The notes under the pieces were generated by a model that had not been told where the DNA came from, ran no database searches, and worked only from the letters and a program-made list of their open reading frames with translations. From NCBI GenBank assembly GCA_964592105.1, contig CAZQBL010000004.1, positions 2,256-66,255 of the forward strand: a stretch of 64,000 nt of DNA, in the 5' to 3' direction. This document shows, piece by piece, positions 49,718 through 58,152 of the stretch; the first letter of the stretch is position 1; every line of letters begins with the position of its first letter. Source of the stretch: an uncultured Gammaproteobacteria bacterium. Lineage in GTDB: Bacteria; Patescibacteriota; Patescibacteriia; UBA10025; JAHIVO01. A program made the position numbers and the translations under genes.

Positions 49718-51400
49718 ATGATAACACGTAAAAAAATATGGCTTGTTTTTTGGGGGATTATTGTACTGGCTGTTATAGCTGGACTGGTTGATTATCCCAA
49801 AGGTCCTGACCTGAAAATCGGTGGTTTTTTTAAAGAATTAAAAGTTCATTTAGGCTTGGATTTGCAGGGCGGAACACATTTGGTCTACGATGCCGACACC
49901 TCAAAAGTGCCTGAGGCAGATAAATTCTCGGCTTTAGCCGGCGTCCGCGACGTTATTGAGCGCCGGATTAATGCTTTTGGCGTTTCCGAGCCACTAGTCC
50001 AGACAAATCAAAACGGTGACAAGTGGCGGGTCATAATAGAATTACCCGGAATCAAAGACGTGAATCAAGCCATAAAAATGATTGGAGAAACGCCTTTGCT
50101 GGAATTCAAGGAAGAAAAAACAACAGAGCTGACAGACGAAGAAAAAAAAGCCGCTGAGGAGGCCAATAACAAGGCTAAAACTAGGGCGGAGGATGTACTT
50201 AAAAAAGCGTTAGTTGCTGATGCGGATTTTGCTGCGTTAGCTAATGAATTTACCGAAGACCCTGGTAATGTGGATCCGTCAACCAACGAAAAAAAGGGCG
50301 GCGATCTAGGATCTTTTACCAGGGACCAAATGGTATCGGAATTCTCTGAGACAGTTTTTGATAAAATGACGGTTGGTGAAGTTTACCCAGAATTAGTTAA
50401 AACTAAATTCGGCTATCACATAATAAAAAAAACCGGCCAAGAAGGTGATCATGCTACCGCAAGTCACATACTTTTTTTAACTCAAGCTACCACCGGTACA
50501 ACAGATTTTGTCGACACTGGTCTGTCTGGAAAACAATTAAAAAGCGCTACGGTGGAATTTGACAGTACCACCAACCTGCCCCAGGTCGCTTTGGAGTTTG
50601 ATGATGAAGGCAAGAAGTTATTTGCTGAAATTACCGAACGAAATGTCGGAAAAATAGTCGGAATATACTTGGACGGTCAAGCTATTTCAATGCCTAAAGT
50701 AAATGAAGTTATTCGCGAGGGCAGGGCAGTTATTTCTGGAAACTTCAATTTGACCGAAGCCAAGCTTTTGGCCCAGCGTTTGAACGCCGGAGCCCTGCCA
50801 GTACCCATAAGTTTGGCTTCACAGCAAAGCGTTGGAGCAACTTTGGGTAAAATCGCCATCCAGAAAAGTCTTTTAGCCGGCATAATCGGATTGATATCTG
50901 TAGCCTTGTTTATGATTTTTTATTATCGTTTGCCTGGTTTGATGGCAATATGTGCCTTGGCAGTTTATTCACTGGTGATTTTAGCCGTTTTCAAGCTCTT
51001 TTCTATAACTCTGACTCTGGCAGGAGTGGCCGGTTTTATTTTGTCTATCGGCATGGCGGTGGACGCCAATGTACTTATATTTGAAAGGACTAAAGAAGAA
51101 CTAAGAAGCGGAAAAAGCTTATCTCTTTCCATTGAAGAGGGTTTTAAGCGTGCTTGGCTGTCGATTAGAGATTCTAACGCTTCCAGCTTAATTACTTGCG
51201 TAATTTTGGCCTGGTTTGGAACCAGCATTATCAAAGGGTTCGCCATAACCCTGGGAATAGGAATTTTGGTGAGCATGTTTTCGGCCATCACCGTTACCAG
51301 AACGTTTTTACGTTTGATTGTAAGTCACTGGCTGGAAAATCACCATAATTGGTTTGGCGGAGTTAAGCAAAAAACTGTAATAGAGCCCAATGAACAATAA
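49718..51400 (+). CDS. secD: Protein translocase subunit SecD with inserted parvulin PPIase domain
   Basis: LGLDLQGG, RRINAFGVSEP, GALPVP, GMAVDANVLIFER; insert GGDLG...TKFGYHII...ASHIL. Confidence 0.95.
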   Translation: MITRKKIWLVFWGIIVLAVIAGLVDYPKGPDLKIGGFFKELKVHLGLDLQGGTHLVYDADTSKVPEADKFSALAGVRDVIERRINAFGVSEPLVQTNQNGDKWRVIIELPGIKDVNQAIKMIGETPLLEFKEEKTTELTDEEKKAAEEANNKAKTRAEDVLKKALVADADFAALANEFTEDPGNVDPSTNEKKGGDLGSFTRDQMVSEFSETVFDKMTVGEVYPELVKTKFGYHIIKKTGQEGDHATASHILFLTQATTGTTDFVDTGLSGKQLKSATVEFDSTTNLPQVALEFDDEGKKLFAEITERNVGKIVGIYLDGQAISMPKVNEVIREGRAVISGNFNLTEAKLLAQRLNAGALPVPISLASQQSVGATLGKIAIQKSLLAGIIGLISVALFMIFYYRLPGLMAICALAVYSLVILAVFKLFSITLTLAGVAGFILSIGMAVDANVLIFERTKEELRSGKSLSLSIEEGFKRAWLSIRDSNASSLITCVILAWFGTSIIKGFAITLGIGILVSMFSAITVTRTFLRLIVSHWLENHHNWFGGVKQKTVIEPNEQ

Positions 51401-51402
51401 AT

Positions 51403-52302
51403 ATGTACCGAATTACTCAAAAACGAAATATCTTTTTCATAATCTCGGGGGTCTTAGTAATAGCCAGCCTCGTTTTTATTAGCTTAGGAGGACTGAAATT
51501 AGGCATTGATTTCACCGGCGGTAGTTTTATTCAGGTCGGTTTTTTGGAAGCCCGCCCACCAGTTTCTCAAATTAGCGAAAAATTGAGCGGTCTTAACCTC
51601 GGCAATATGACAATTCAACCGCTGGGTGAGGATAGCTTGACTTTAAAACTAAAAAATATCGATAACGAAACTTATCAATCAATTATTTCGTCCCTTAAAG
51701 AGAGTTTCGGGGGCATTGAGGAAAAAAGTTTTGATTCAATTGGTCCGACCATTGGTAATGAGCTCAAAAGCAAGGCTCTGTCGGCTATAATTTTAGTTTT
51801 AATTTTTATATTGTTATATATTTCATTCGCTTTTCGAAAAGCTTCCTTTGGCCCGGTTAAGTCCTGGATTTACGGATCAGGCGCAATCATCGCCTTGCTA
51901 CATGATTTACTTATTGTCATTGGCGTCTTTGCTTTTTTAGGAAAATTTTGGAATGTTGAAATTGACGCTTTGTTTATTACTGCCTTACTAACTATTCTAG
52001 GTTTTTCAGTGCATGACACAATTGTTGTGTACGATCGTATACGTGAACGCCTTAGAGTAAATTATAACAAGGACTTAGAGGAAACAGTCAATGAGAGCGT
52101 TAATCAGACTCTAGTAAGATCTTTGAATACATCACTTACAACTATTTTAGTTCTACTGGCTTTGTATTTATTCGGCGGACAATCAATTAACCACTTTGTT
52201 TTAGCTCTGCTAATAGGTATTATTACCGGAACATATTCCTCAATATTCATAGCCAGCCCGCTTTTGGTAGTTTGGAATAAATTCACCGAAAAAAAGAATT
52301 AA
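51403..52302 (+). CDS. secF: Protein translocase subunit SecF
   Basis: GIDFTGG, IGPTIG, GFSVHDTIVVYDRIRE, GTYSSIFIA. Confidence 0.96.
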   Translation: MYRITQKRNIFFIISGVLVIASLVFISLGGLKLGIDFTGGSFIQVGFLEARPPVSQISEKLSGLNLGNMTIQPLGEDSLTLKLKNIDNETYQSIISSLKESFGGIEEKSFDSIGPTIGNELKSKALSAIILVLIFILLYISFAFRKASFGPVKSWIYGSGAIIALLHDLLIVIGVFAFLGKFWNVEIDALFITALLTILGFSVHDTIVVYDRIRERLRVNYNKDLEETVNESVNQTLVRSLNTSLTTILVLLALYLFGGQSINHFVLALLIGIITGTYSSIFIASPLLVVWNKFTEKKN

Positions 52303-52316
52303 ATCAATATTGAGCA

Positions 52317-52345
52317 AGCCCGAGACATTATTTCTGGGTTTTTTT
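52317..52345 (+). terminator. Probable intrinsic terminator after secF
   Basis: CCCGAGA...TCTGGG hairpin followed by T7. Confidence 0.5.
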
Positions 52346-52392
52346 GATTTGTTAAAAATCCAAAAATCTGTTTAAATATAGTAATTTCAAAC

Positions 52393-52421
52393 TTGACACT
52401 TTTAACAAAGTGTGCTATACT
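52393..52421 (+). promoter_or_regulatory. sigma70 promoter containing a 7-4-7 palindrome
   Basis: TTGACA-17bp-TATACT; ACACTTT-taac-AAAGTGT at 52396-52413. Confidence 0.7.
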
Positions 52422-52472
52422 AATAAAATCAATAATTTTAGTTTTCACATTTTTTACTAAATTGCTAAAGTT

Positions 52473-53594
52473 ATGGATTCCCAAAATTCAATTCTTGATA
52501 GGGTCATATCCAGCAAAAAAAACTTGGAAATTGAGCAATTCAACCCAACTGAAGTTGTTGGTTTATTGCTAAAAAATTTAACCTCCAGAGAAGAAGATGT
52601 ACTCAAAAGAAGACACGGACTGCAGACCAGCAAAAAAGAGACCTTGGAAGAAATAGGCGCTTCTTATAGGGTTACCCGAGAAAGGATTCGACAGATTGAG
52701 AGCTCAGCCATACAGAAGATAAAAAAGCTGAAAAATTTTTTGGATATCATTAATCCCATAGAAAATAGGATTTTTTCCGAATTGGAGCAGCATGGAGGAA
52801 TTTTATCAGAAGAATCTCTTATGGAAAATTTACTGCACCTTATCGGAAACAACGAAGTCAACAAAAACTGTCTGTTATTTTTAATGAGTAAGTTATTAAA
52901 AAATAAATTTAAGCAAATCAAAGAATCGCCCGATTTTAGGCGATCTTGGCAAATTTTGCACGCACCGCTTCACTTAATAAGGGAATCAGTTGTGCTTTTG
53001 AAAGAAATAATTGAAAAAATTGGTAAACCGGTTCAGCTTAACGAAATCCTCACCAATTTTAAACAGACTGAGTTCTTCAAAAAAAATCATGAACAGTTGA
53101 GTGATGATTCGATTATTTCTTACTTGGAGATTTGCCCTGATATTTCAAGAAACCCCTTTCATGAATATGGATTCAGTCAGTGGGGTAGTATCGTTCCAAA
53201 AAGAATGAATGACAAAATTTACTTAGTTTTAAAAAAACATGGCAAGCCCATGCATTTTGCAGAAATTACTGAGGCTATAAACAACACCGGTTTCGATGAG
53301 CGCAAAGCTTATCCACCCACAGTCCATAATGAACTAATTTTAAACGATAGATATGTTTTAGTCGGCCGGGGTATTTATGCCTTAAAAGAGTGGGGGTACA
53401 AACCCGGCGTAGTCGTTGATGTTTTGACGGAAATTTTAAAAAAAGAGAATAAACCTTTAACTCGTCATGAATTGATTCAGAAGGTTTTAGAACAAAGAAT
53501 CGTCAAAAAAAACACCATAAATCTGGCTTTAACCAACAAAGCCAGATTCAGAAAAAATCAAGATGGTACTTACTGGCTAGCCCAAGATAACTAG
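52473..53594 (+). CDS. Sigma-70 region 4 domain fused to winged-HTH (HARE-HTH-like) domains
   Basis: REEDVLKRRHGL...TLEEIG...VTRERIRQIE; C-terminal GKPMHFAEI...VLVGRGIYALKEWG. Confidence 0.8.
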   Translation: MDSQNSILDRVISSKKNLEIEQFNPTEVVGLLLKNLTSREEDVLKRRHGLQTSKKETLEEIGASYRVTRERIRQIESSAIQKIKKLKNFLDIINPIENRIFSELEQHGGILSEESLMENLLHLIGNNEVNKNCLLFLMSKLLKNKFKQIKESPDFRRSWQILHAPLHLIRESVVLLKEIIEKIGKPVQLNEILTNFKQTEFFKKNHEQLSDDSIISYLEICPDISRNPFHEYGFSQWGSIVPKRMNDKIYLVLKKHGKPMHFAEITEAINNTGFDERKAYPPTVHNELILNDRYVLVGRGIYALKEWGYKPGVVVDVLTEILKKENKPLTRHELIQKVLEQRIVKKNTINLALTNKARFRKNQDGTYWLAQDN

Positions 53595-53607
53595 CCTGGA
53601 AATAAAT

Positions 53608-55011
53608 ATGAATTTTTTATCATTTGATCCGACCGCACTGCTTGGTCAGCTACCAGGCGCCACAAACCCATTTAGCGCCATGCTTATGATATTCTTAAAT
53701 GGCGGATGGATCGCCCTTGTAGCTGCAATCCTATGGGCTGCCTGGGAGGGATATCTCGAATATATCAGAAATCGCTACGCCGAATCGCTGGAATATGTGT
53801 TACTGGCAATTGACATTCCCAAAAACAACGAGCAAAGTCCCAAAGCCGTAGAACATATTTTTGCGCACCTTTATGGCATTGAAAAATTTGGTAATCTTAA
53901 GGAAAGATACATTCAGGGCTATACTCAGCCAAGCATTAGTTTGGAAATAGTGAGCATCGAGGGCTATATCCAATTTTTAATTAGAACACCGCGAGATTTC
54001 CGCGATTTAGTTGAAGCGGCGATCTACGCCCAATACCCTGATGCAGAAATAACTGAAGTTGAGGATTATGTTGACTTACTGCCTAAACCACTGGAAATGC
54101 CCCATGCTGAATACGACATTTGGGGAGCCCAAATGAAACTGGCCAAAAGCGACGTGTACCCCTTAAAGACATATCCTTTTTTCGAACACTCGTTATCACA
54201 AAAATTTATGGACCCCATGGCCTCAATACTAGAACTATTAGGTCGAATGGGTCCGGGTGAGCAATTCTGGCTGCAAATGGTCATTGCCCCAGTGAATTCA
54301 AGCTGGCGCAAGAAGGGCATTTCTGAAATAAAAAAACTTATTGGCAAAAAGGAAGAAAAAAAGAAAAACCTCGATTTCTGGTATTTTCCTAGCCAAATTG
54401 GCAAAGGACTTTCTGAATCAATAACTGCCTCGATAATTCCGCCAACGGAAATGGATAAAGCCAAGCAACAAAAGCAAGAACGTGAATGGCCAAGCATGAT
54501 GCAGCATCTTTCTCCCGATGAACGTGAAATTGTTGAGGCAATCGGCATGAAAATTGCTAAACTTGGTTTTATGACAAAGATGAGGTTTATTTATGGAGCC
54601 AGAAAAGAAATTATGAATAAAGCCAAGGGTGTTGACGGCTTCTTAGGAGCTTTATCGCAATTTAATACACAAAATCTCAATAGTTTAATCGTTAACAAGC
54701 ATACTCGAACCAAGATAGACTATTTTTTCATAAAACCGAGAGTTTTAAGCAGAAAGCGTCGAATACTCTGGGCTTACCGCTATCGTAGCATGAAAAGAGG
54801 CAGGCAAGGTTTTATTTTAAACACGGAGGAGCTGGCTTCTATTTGGCATTTCCCCATAGCTGAGGTGGTAAGGGCGCCCAGCGTTCAAAAAGTTGAGGCC
54901 AAAAAAGGACAACCACCTTCTAGTCTACCCTTGGAAAGGCAAAATATATCAATTAAATCACCGACTAAATCGCCCAATCATGCCCCCCCAATTAATTTAC
55001 CCATAAAATAA
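53608..55011 (+). CDS. Membrane-anchored hypothetical protein, partner of the VirD4-like ATPase
   Basis: N-terminal TM, SLEIVS...IYAQYPDAEITEVEDY, ILNTEELASIWHFP; TAATG overlap with the next gene. Confidence 0.75.
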   Translation: MNFLSFDPTALLGQLPGATNPFSAMLMIFLNGGWIALVAAILWAAWEGYLEYIRNRYAESLEYVLLAIDIPKNNEQSPKAVEHIFAHLYGIEKFGNLKERYIQGYTQPSISLEIVSIEGYIQFLIRTPRDFRDLVEAAIYAQYPDAEITEVEDYVDLLPKPLEMPHAEYDIWGAQMKLAKSDVYPLKTYPFFEHSLSQKFMDPMASILELLGRMGPGEQFWLQMVIAPVNSSWRKKGISEIKKLIGKKEEKKKNLDFWYFPSQIGKGLSESITASIIPPTEMDKAKQQKQEREWPSMMQHLSPDEREIVEAIGMKIAKLGFMTKMRFIYGARKEIMNKAKGVDGFLGALSQFNTQNLNSLIVNKHTRTKIDYFFIKPRVLSRKRRILWAYRYRSMKRGRQGFILNTEELASIWHFPIAEVVRAPSVQKVEAKKGQPPSSLPLERQNISIKSPTKSPNHAPPINLPIK

Positions 55012-56378
55012 TGGATCAATCGAACAAAAATATTAATCACGACATTACGGTTTTTGCTAAAACAAACTTCCGAAACATGGAGCAGCGTTTTGGTATAAAA
55101 ACCGATGATCGACGTCGTCACATGTACTTGATAGGAAAAACAGGTATGGGTAAAACTAATGCTCTTGAGCACATGATCATTTCTGATATTAGAGGGGGTA
55201 AGGGCGTGGCCGTGGTTGACCCTCACGGCGATCTGGTTGAGCGCATTATCGAGTTTATTCCCTCATATCGAATTAATGACGTAATTTATTTTAATCCTGC
55301 GGACGTTGATTATCCGATTGGTTTTAATGTTTTGGAAAGTGTTGACGCCAACCAAAGGCACCTGGTAGCTTCCGGCTTGATGGGCGTCTTCACTAAAATT
55401 TGGGAGGGCGTCTGGAGCGCTAGAATGGAATACATTCTAAATAATGCCATTTTAGCACTTTTGGAATATCCAGGCTCAACCATGTTAGGCATCGCCAGAA
55501 TACTCGTCGATAAAAATTACCGCCGGAAAGTAATTGCCAAAATATCCGATCCAATTGTAAAAAGTTTTTGGGTTGATGAATTTGCCAATTACAACGTAAA
55601 TTTCAGAAATGAAGCTATTGCTCCAATTCAGAATAAAGTCGGCCAATTTCTTTCCAGCTCGATCATCAGAAACATAGTCGGTCAACCCAAGAGCACCATC
55701 AATTTAAGAGACATTATGGATAATCAAAAAATTTTGCTTTTGAATCTGGCCAAAGGCAGAATTGGCGAAGATAATTCAGCCTTACTTGGCGCCATGATGA
55801 TTACCAGATTACAATTAGCAGCCATGAGCAGGGTCGACATCCCCGAGCAAGATCGTAAAGATTTTTATTTATATGTTGATGAGTTCCAAAATTTCGCCAC
55901 TGAAAGTTTTGCCAGTATACTTTCCGAAGCGAGAAAATACCGGCTTAATCTGATTATCGCACATCAATATATTGGACAGTTGGATGAAAAAGTAATAGCC
56001 GCAGTTTTTGGCAACGTCGGCACAATTATGTGTTTTCGTGTGGGGGCGGCTGATGCTGAATTTTTGGCCAAAGAGTTTTTTCCGACTTTCACTGAAGATG
56101 ATTTGCTTAACCTAACAAAGTATACAGTTTATTTAAAATTAATGATAGACGGTGTAGCCTCTGAGCCTTTCTCTGCAGAGACTTTGCCTCCACTTACTGG
56201 CAAAACCAATAATAAGGATAAAATTATTAAAGTTTCAAGAGAAAGATACGGTCAGCCCAGGCAAGTCGTAGAAGATAAAATTATCCGCTGGACCGGGATT
56301 GACGAGATGTACAAAGCAGCCGCCGAAGAAGATAATTTTCAAGCTAAAATAAACAACAGTTCTCTAACGAGCCGATAA
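55011..56378 (+). CDS. VirD4/TraG/TraD-like coupling-protein ATPase (C-terminal tail probably frameshifted to 56668)
   Basis: DRRRHMYLIGKTGMGKT, VDPHGD, LYVDEFQNF, LSEARKY, AHQY, FGNVGT. Confidence 0.85.
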   Translation: MDQSNKNINHDITVFAKTNFRNMEQRFGIKTDDRRRHMYLIGKTGMGKTNALEHMIISDIRGGKGVAVVDPHGDLVERIIEFIPSYRINDVIYFNPADVDYPIGFNVLESVDANQRHLVASGLMGVFTKIWEGVWSARMEYILNNAILALLEYPGSTMLGIARILVDKNYRRKVIAKISDPIVKSFWVDEFANYNVNFRNEAIAPIQNKVGQFLSSSIIRNIVGQPKSTINLRDIMDNQKILLLNLAKGRIGEDNSALLGAMMITRLQLAAMSRVDIPEQDRKDFYLYVDEFQNFATESFASILSEARKYRLNLIIAHQYIGQLDEKVIAAVFGNVGTIMCFRVGAADAEFLAKEFFPTFTEDDLLNLTKYTVYLKLMIDGVASEPFSAETLPPLTGKTNNKDKIIKVSRERYGQPRQVVEDKIIRWTGIDEMYKAAAEEDNFQAKINNSSLTSR

Positions 56379-56717
56379 AGGAGTCCATTAATTTTAAAGA
56401 CCAGCACCACAAAATTGAATTTCGACCCAAAAAGCCGAAGCCAAAAATTCCCTTCCAAGAACTAGAAGTTGTTCCTCTACCCGAAACCCAAAATACAATT
56501 TCCTTACGGGAAGCTTTGACCAAAAAACCGCAAACATTTAATAAAATGAGGCCCTACAATCACGATCAAAGGCAAACTTTGCCCTCCCAGGAACATCACA
56601 AAAATGAGTTTTTTAATTCCAATAACCCACAAAAATTAAAACCTGGACAAGTAGCTCGCTTAAATTAAGTGAGAATACTTTACTTATAAAAGCGAGTTAT
56701 GTATAAACTTAAAAGCT

Positions 56718-57203
56718 ATGAATAAATCCAGAATCTATTGGGGCAGTACAATAATCATAATAGGTCTGTTACTCCTTTTGGGTCAATGGGGGATACCCAT
56801 AAATATATCCGGTTTTTGGCCAATTTTTTTGCTACTACCAGGATTCTTTTTCCTAATGCATTTTTTTTCAAAGAGGCAAAAGCCAGGCTTGCTTATTCCG
56901 GCCAGCATTTTAATTTTCACTGGAGTATATTTTTTCTTTAATCAGTGGGCCAATTATCATTGGGCCGGGGCTACTTCTTTTGTTTTCATTTTTAGCGTGG
57001 CCATCGGCTTAATGGCCATGTACCATTTTTCCTCAACCAAAAAAAGGGGAGTAATATTGGCGGCCTGGATTTTAACTGGCCTGGCACTGTTTAATCTATT
57101 TATTACGATTTTTGACGGACGTTGGTGGCCGATTATCATTATTGTTACTGGCGTATTTTTGCTAACCTATAAACCAAAACAAAAGGATATTCTAAAAAGT
57201 TAA
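56718..57203 (+). CDS. Membrane protein with LiaI/LiaF-like TM repeats
   Basis: WG..IIIIGLLLLL...FWPIFLL and WWPIIII repeats. Confidence 0.65.
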   Translation: MNKSRIYWGSTIIIIGLLLLLGQWGIPINISGFWPIFLLLPGFFFLMHFFSKRQKPGLLIPASILIFTGVYFFFNQWANYHWAGATSFVFIFSVAIGLMAMYHFSSTKKRGVILAAWILTGLALFNLFITIFDGRWWPIIIIVTGVFLLTYKPKQKDILKS

Positions 57204-57216
57204 AAAATTTAATCAC

Positions 57217-57513
57217 GTGATTCTTTCCTTTTCAATATTCACCTTCAGTCCTGATGATGAAGAAAAGGCCAAAAAGAGTCTTGATGAACAGATTTCTTTC
57301 ATGAAAAAACAGCCCGGCCTAATCAAAGCCTTTTTAGCCAAGGCTCTAGATAATCCAGGAAAATTTTTAGTTTACTCTGAGTGGAAATCTAGAGAAGAAT
57401 ATGAAGCCAGCGGGGAAAAGTTCAGAAATGCCCCCGAGCAGCAAGGTGGGATGGAAGAGTTTTTTGATATGATGATTGAAGAGCCGATTTTCGGCAGTTT
57501 CAGCGTTGATTAA
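57217..57513 (+). CDS. Antibiotic biosynthesis monooxygenase (ABM) family protein
   Basis: MKKQPGLIKAFL...NPGKFLVYSEWKSRE; GTG start. Confidence 0.75.
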   Translation: MILSFSIFTFSPDDEEKAKKSLDEQISFMKKQPGLIKAFLAKALDNPGKFLVYSEWKSREEYEASGEKFRNAPEQQGGMEEFFDMMIEEPIFGSFSVD

Positions 57514-57557
57514 TTAAATTAAGCAATCCTCTCAAAGGGAATTCTATTTGCCTGAAC

Positions 57558-57586
57558 TTGACAAATTTTTTTGTATTTATTAAATT
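57558..57586 (+). promoter_or_regulatory. sigma70-type promoter of an orphan transcription unit
   Basis: TTGACA-17bp-TAAATT; strong SD AGGAGGTG downstream at 57614-21. Confidence 0.5.
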
Positions 57587-57840
57587 TACAAAAATATCAA
57601 AACAACTTTTAGTAGGAGGTGAAAGCTTGAAATTGGGTTATAAAATCCTAAGGCCAAAATGCTGATTAATAAAGCCGGCTTAGCCGTAAAAACACCGCTA
57701 CACGATCCACAGGGTAAACAAAATATCTTCTGGTCTTCTGGATCTTCCCTAATCGGAAAAGTGACCAGCAAATCGGGTGTAAACGGCCTTCGTGCGGCAA
57801 CGAGGGAATGGTGCACATTTAAATCGATATTTAAGTCATT

Positions 57841-57876
57841 AAATGGCCCGTCTGCTGCATGGGCCATTTTATTTTT
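57841..57876 (+). terminator. Intrinsic terminator
   Basis: AAATGGCCC...GGGCCATTT followed by a T-rich tract. Confidence 0.6.
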
Positions 57877-58152
57877 AAAACAAAAGGGTAAAAACCTTTT
57901 TGTTTAAATCACTCAGTAGTTTACCGACCACGCCTCATTAAATGATCTGCCAATTTTTCGGCCTTCCCGGTTATTGCCATCTTAATATTATTTCTGCCGT
58001 TATGGCTAATTAGTTCTTTTCCTAATTCTAGCGAAGCAAATTTTTAGTTTTGTAATTTTGTCGCACTGCTAATTTTTCCTCGTGTTTCTCAAATTTATTG
58101 AAGTCTTGGGAAAAATAATGTCAATCATCTTATTTTTTGATATACTTTACTC

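Noticed and set aside
53608-56668. Integrative conjugative element
   Set aside because: No integrase, relaxase, VirB4 or att repeats seen; flanked by housekeeping genes.
57586-57907. ORFs 57586-57867(-) and 57659-57907(+) as real genes
   Set aside because: They overlap each other, run through the promoter or terminator signals, are not aligned with the SD, and have no recognisable motifs.
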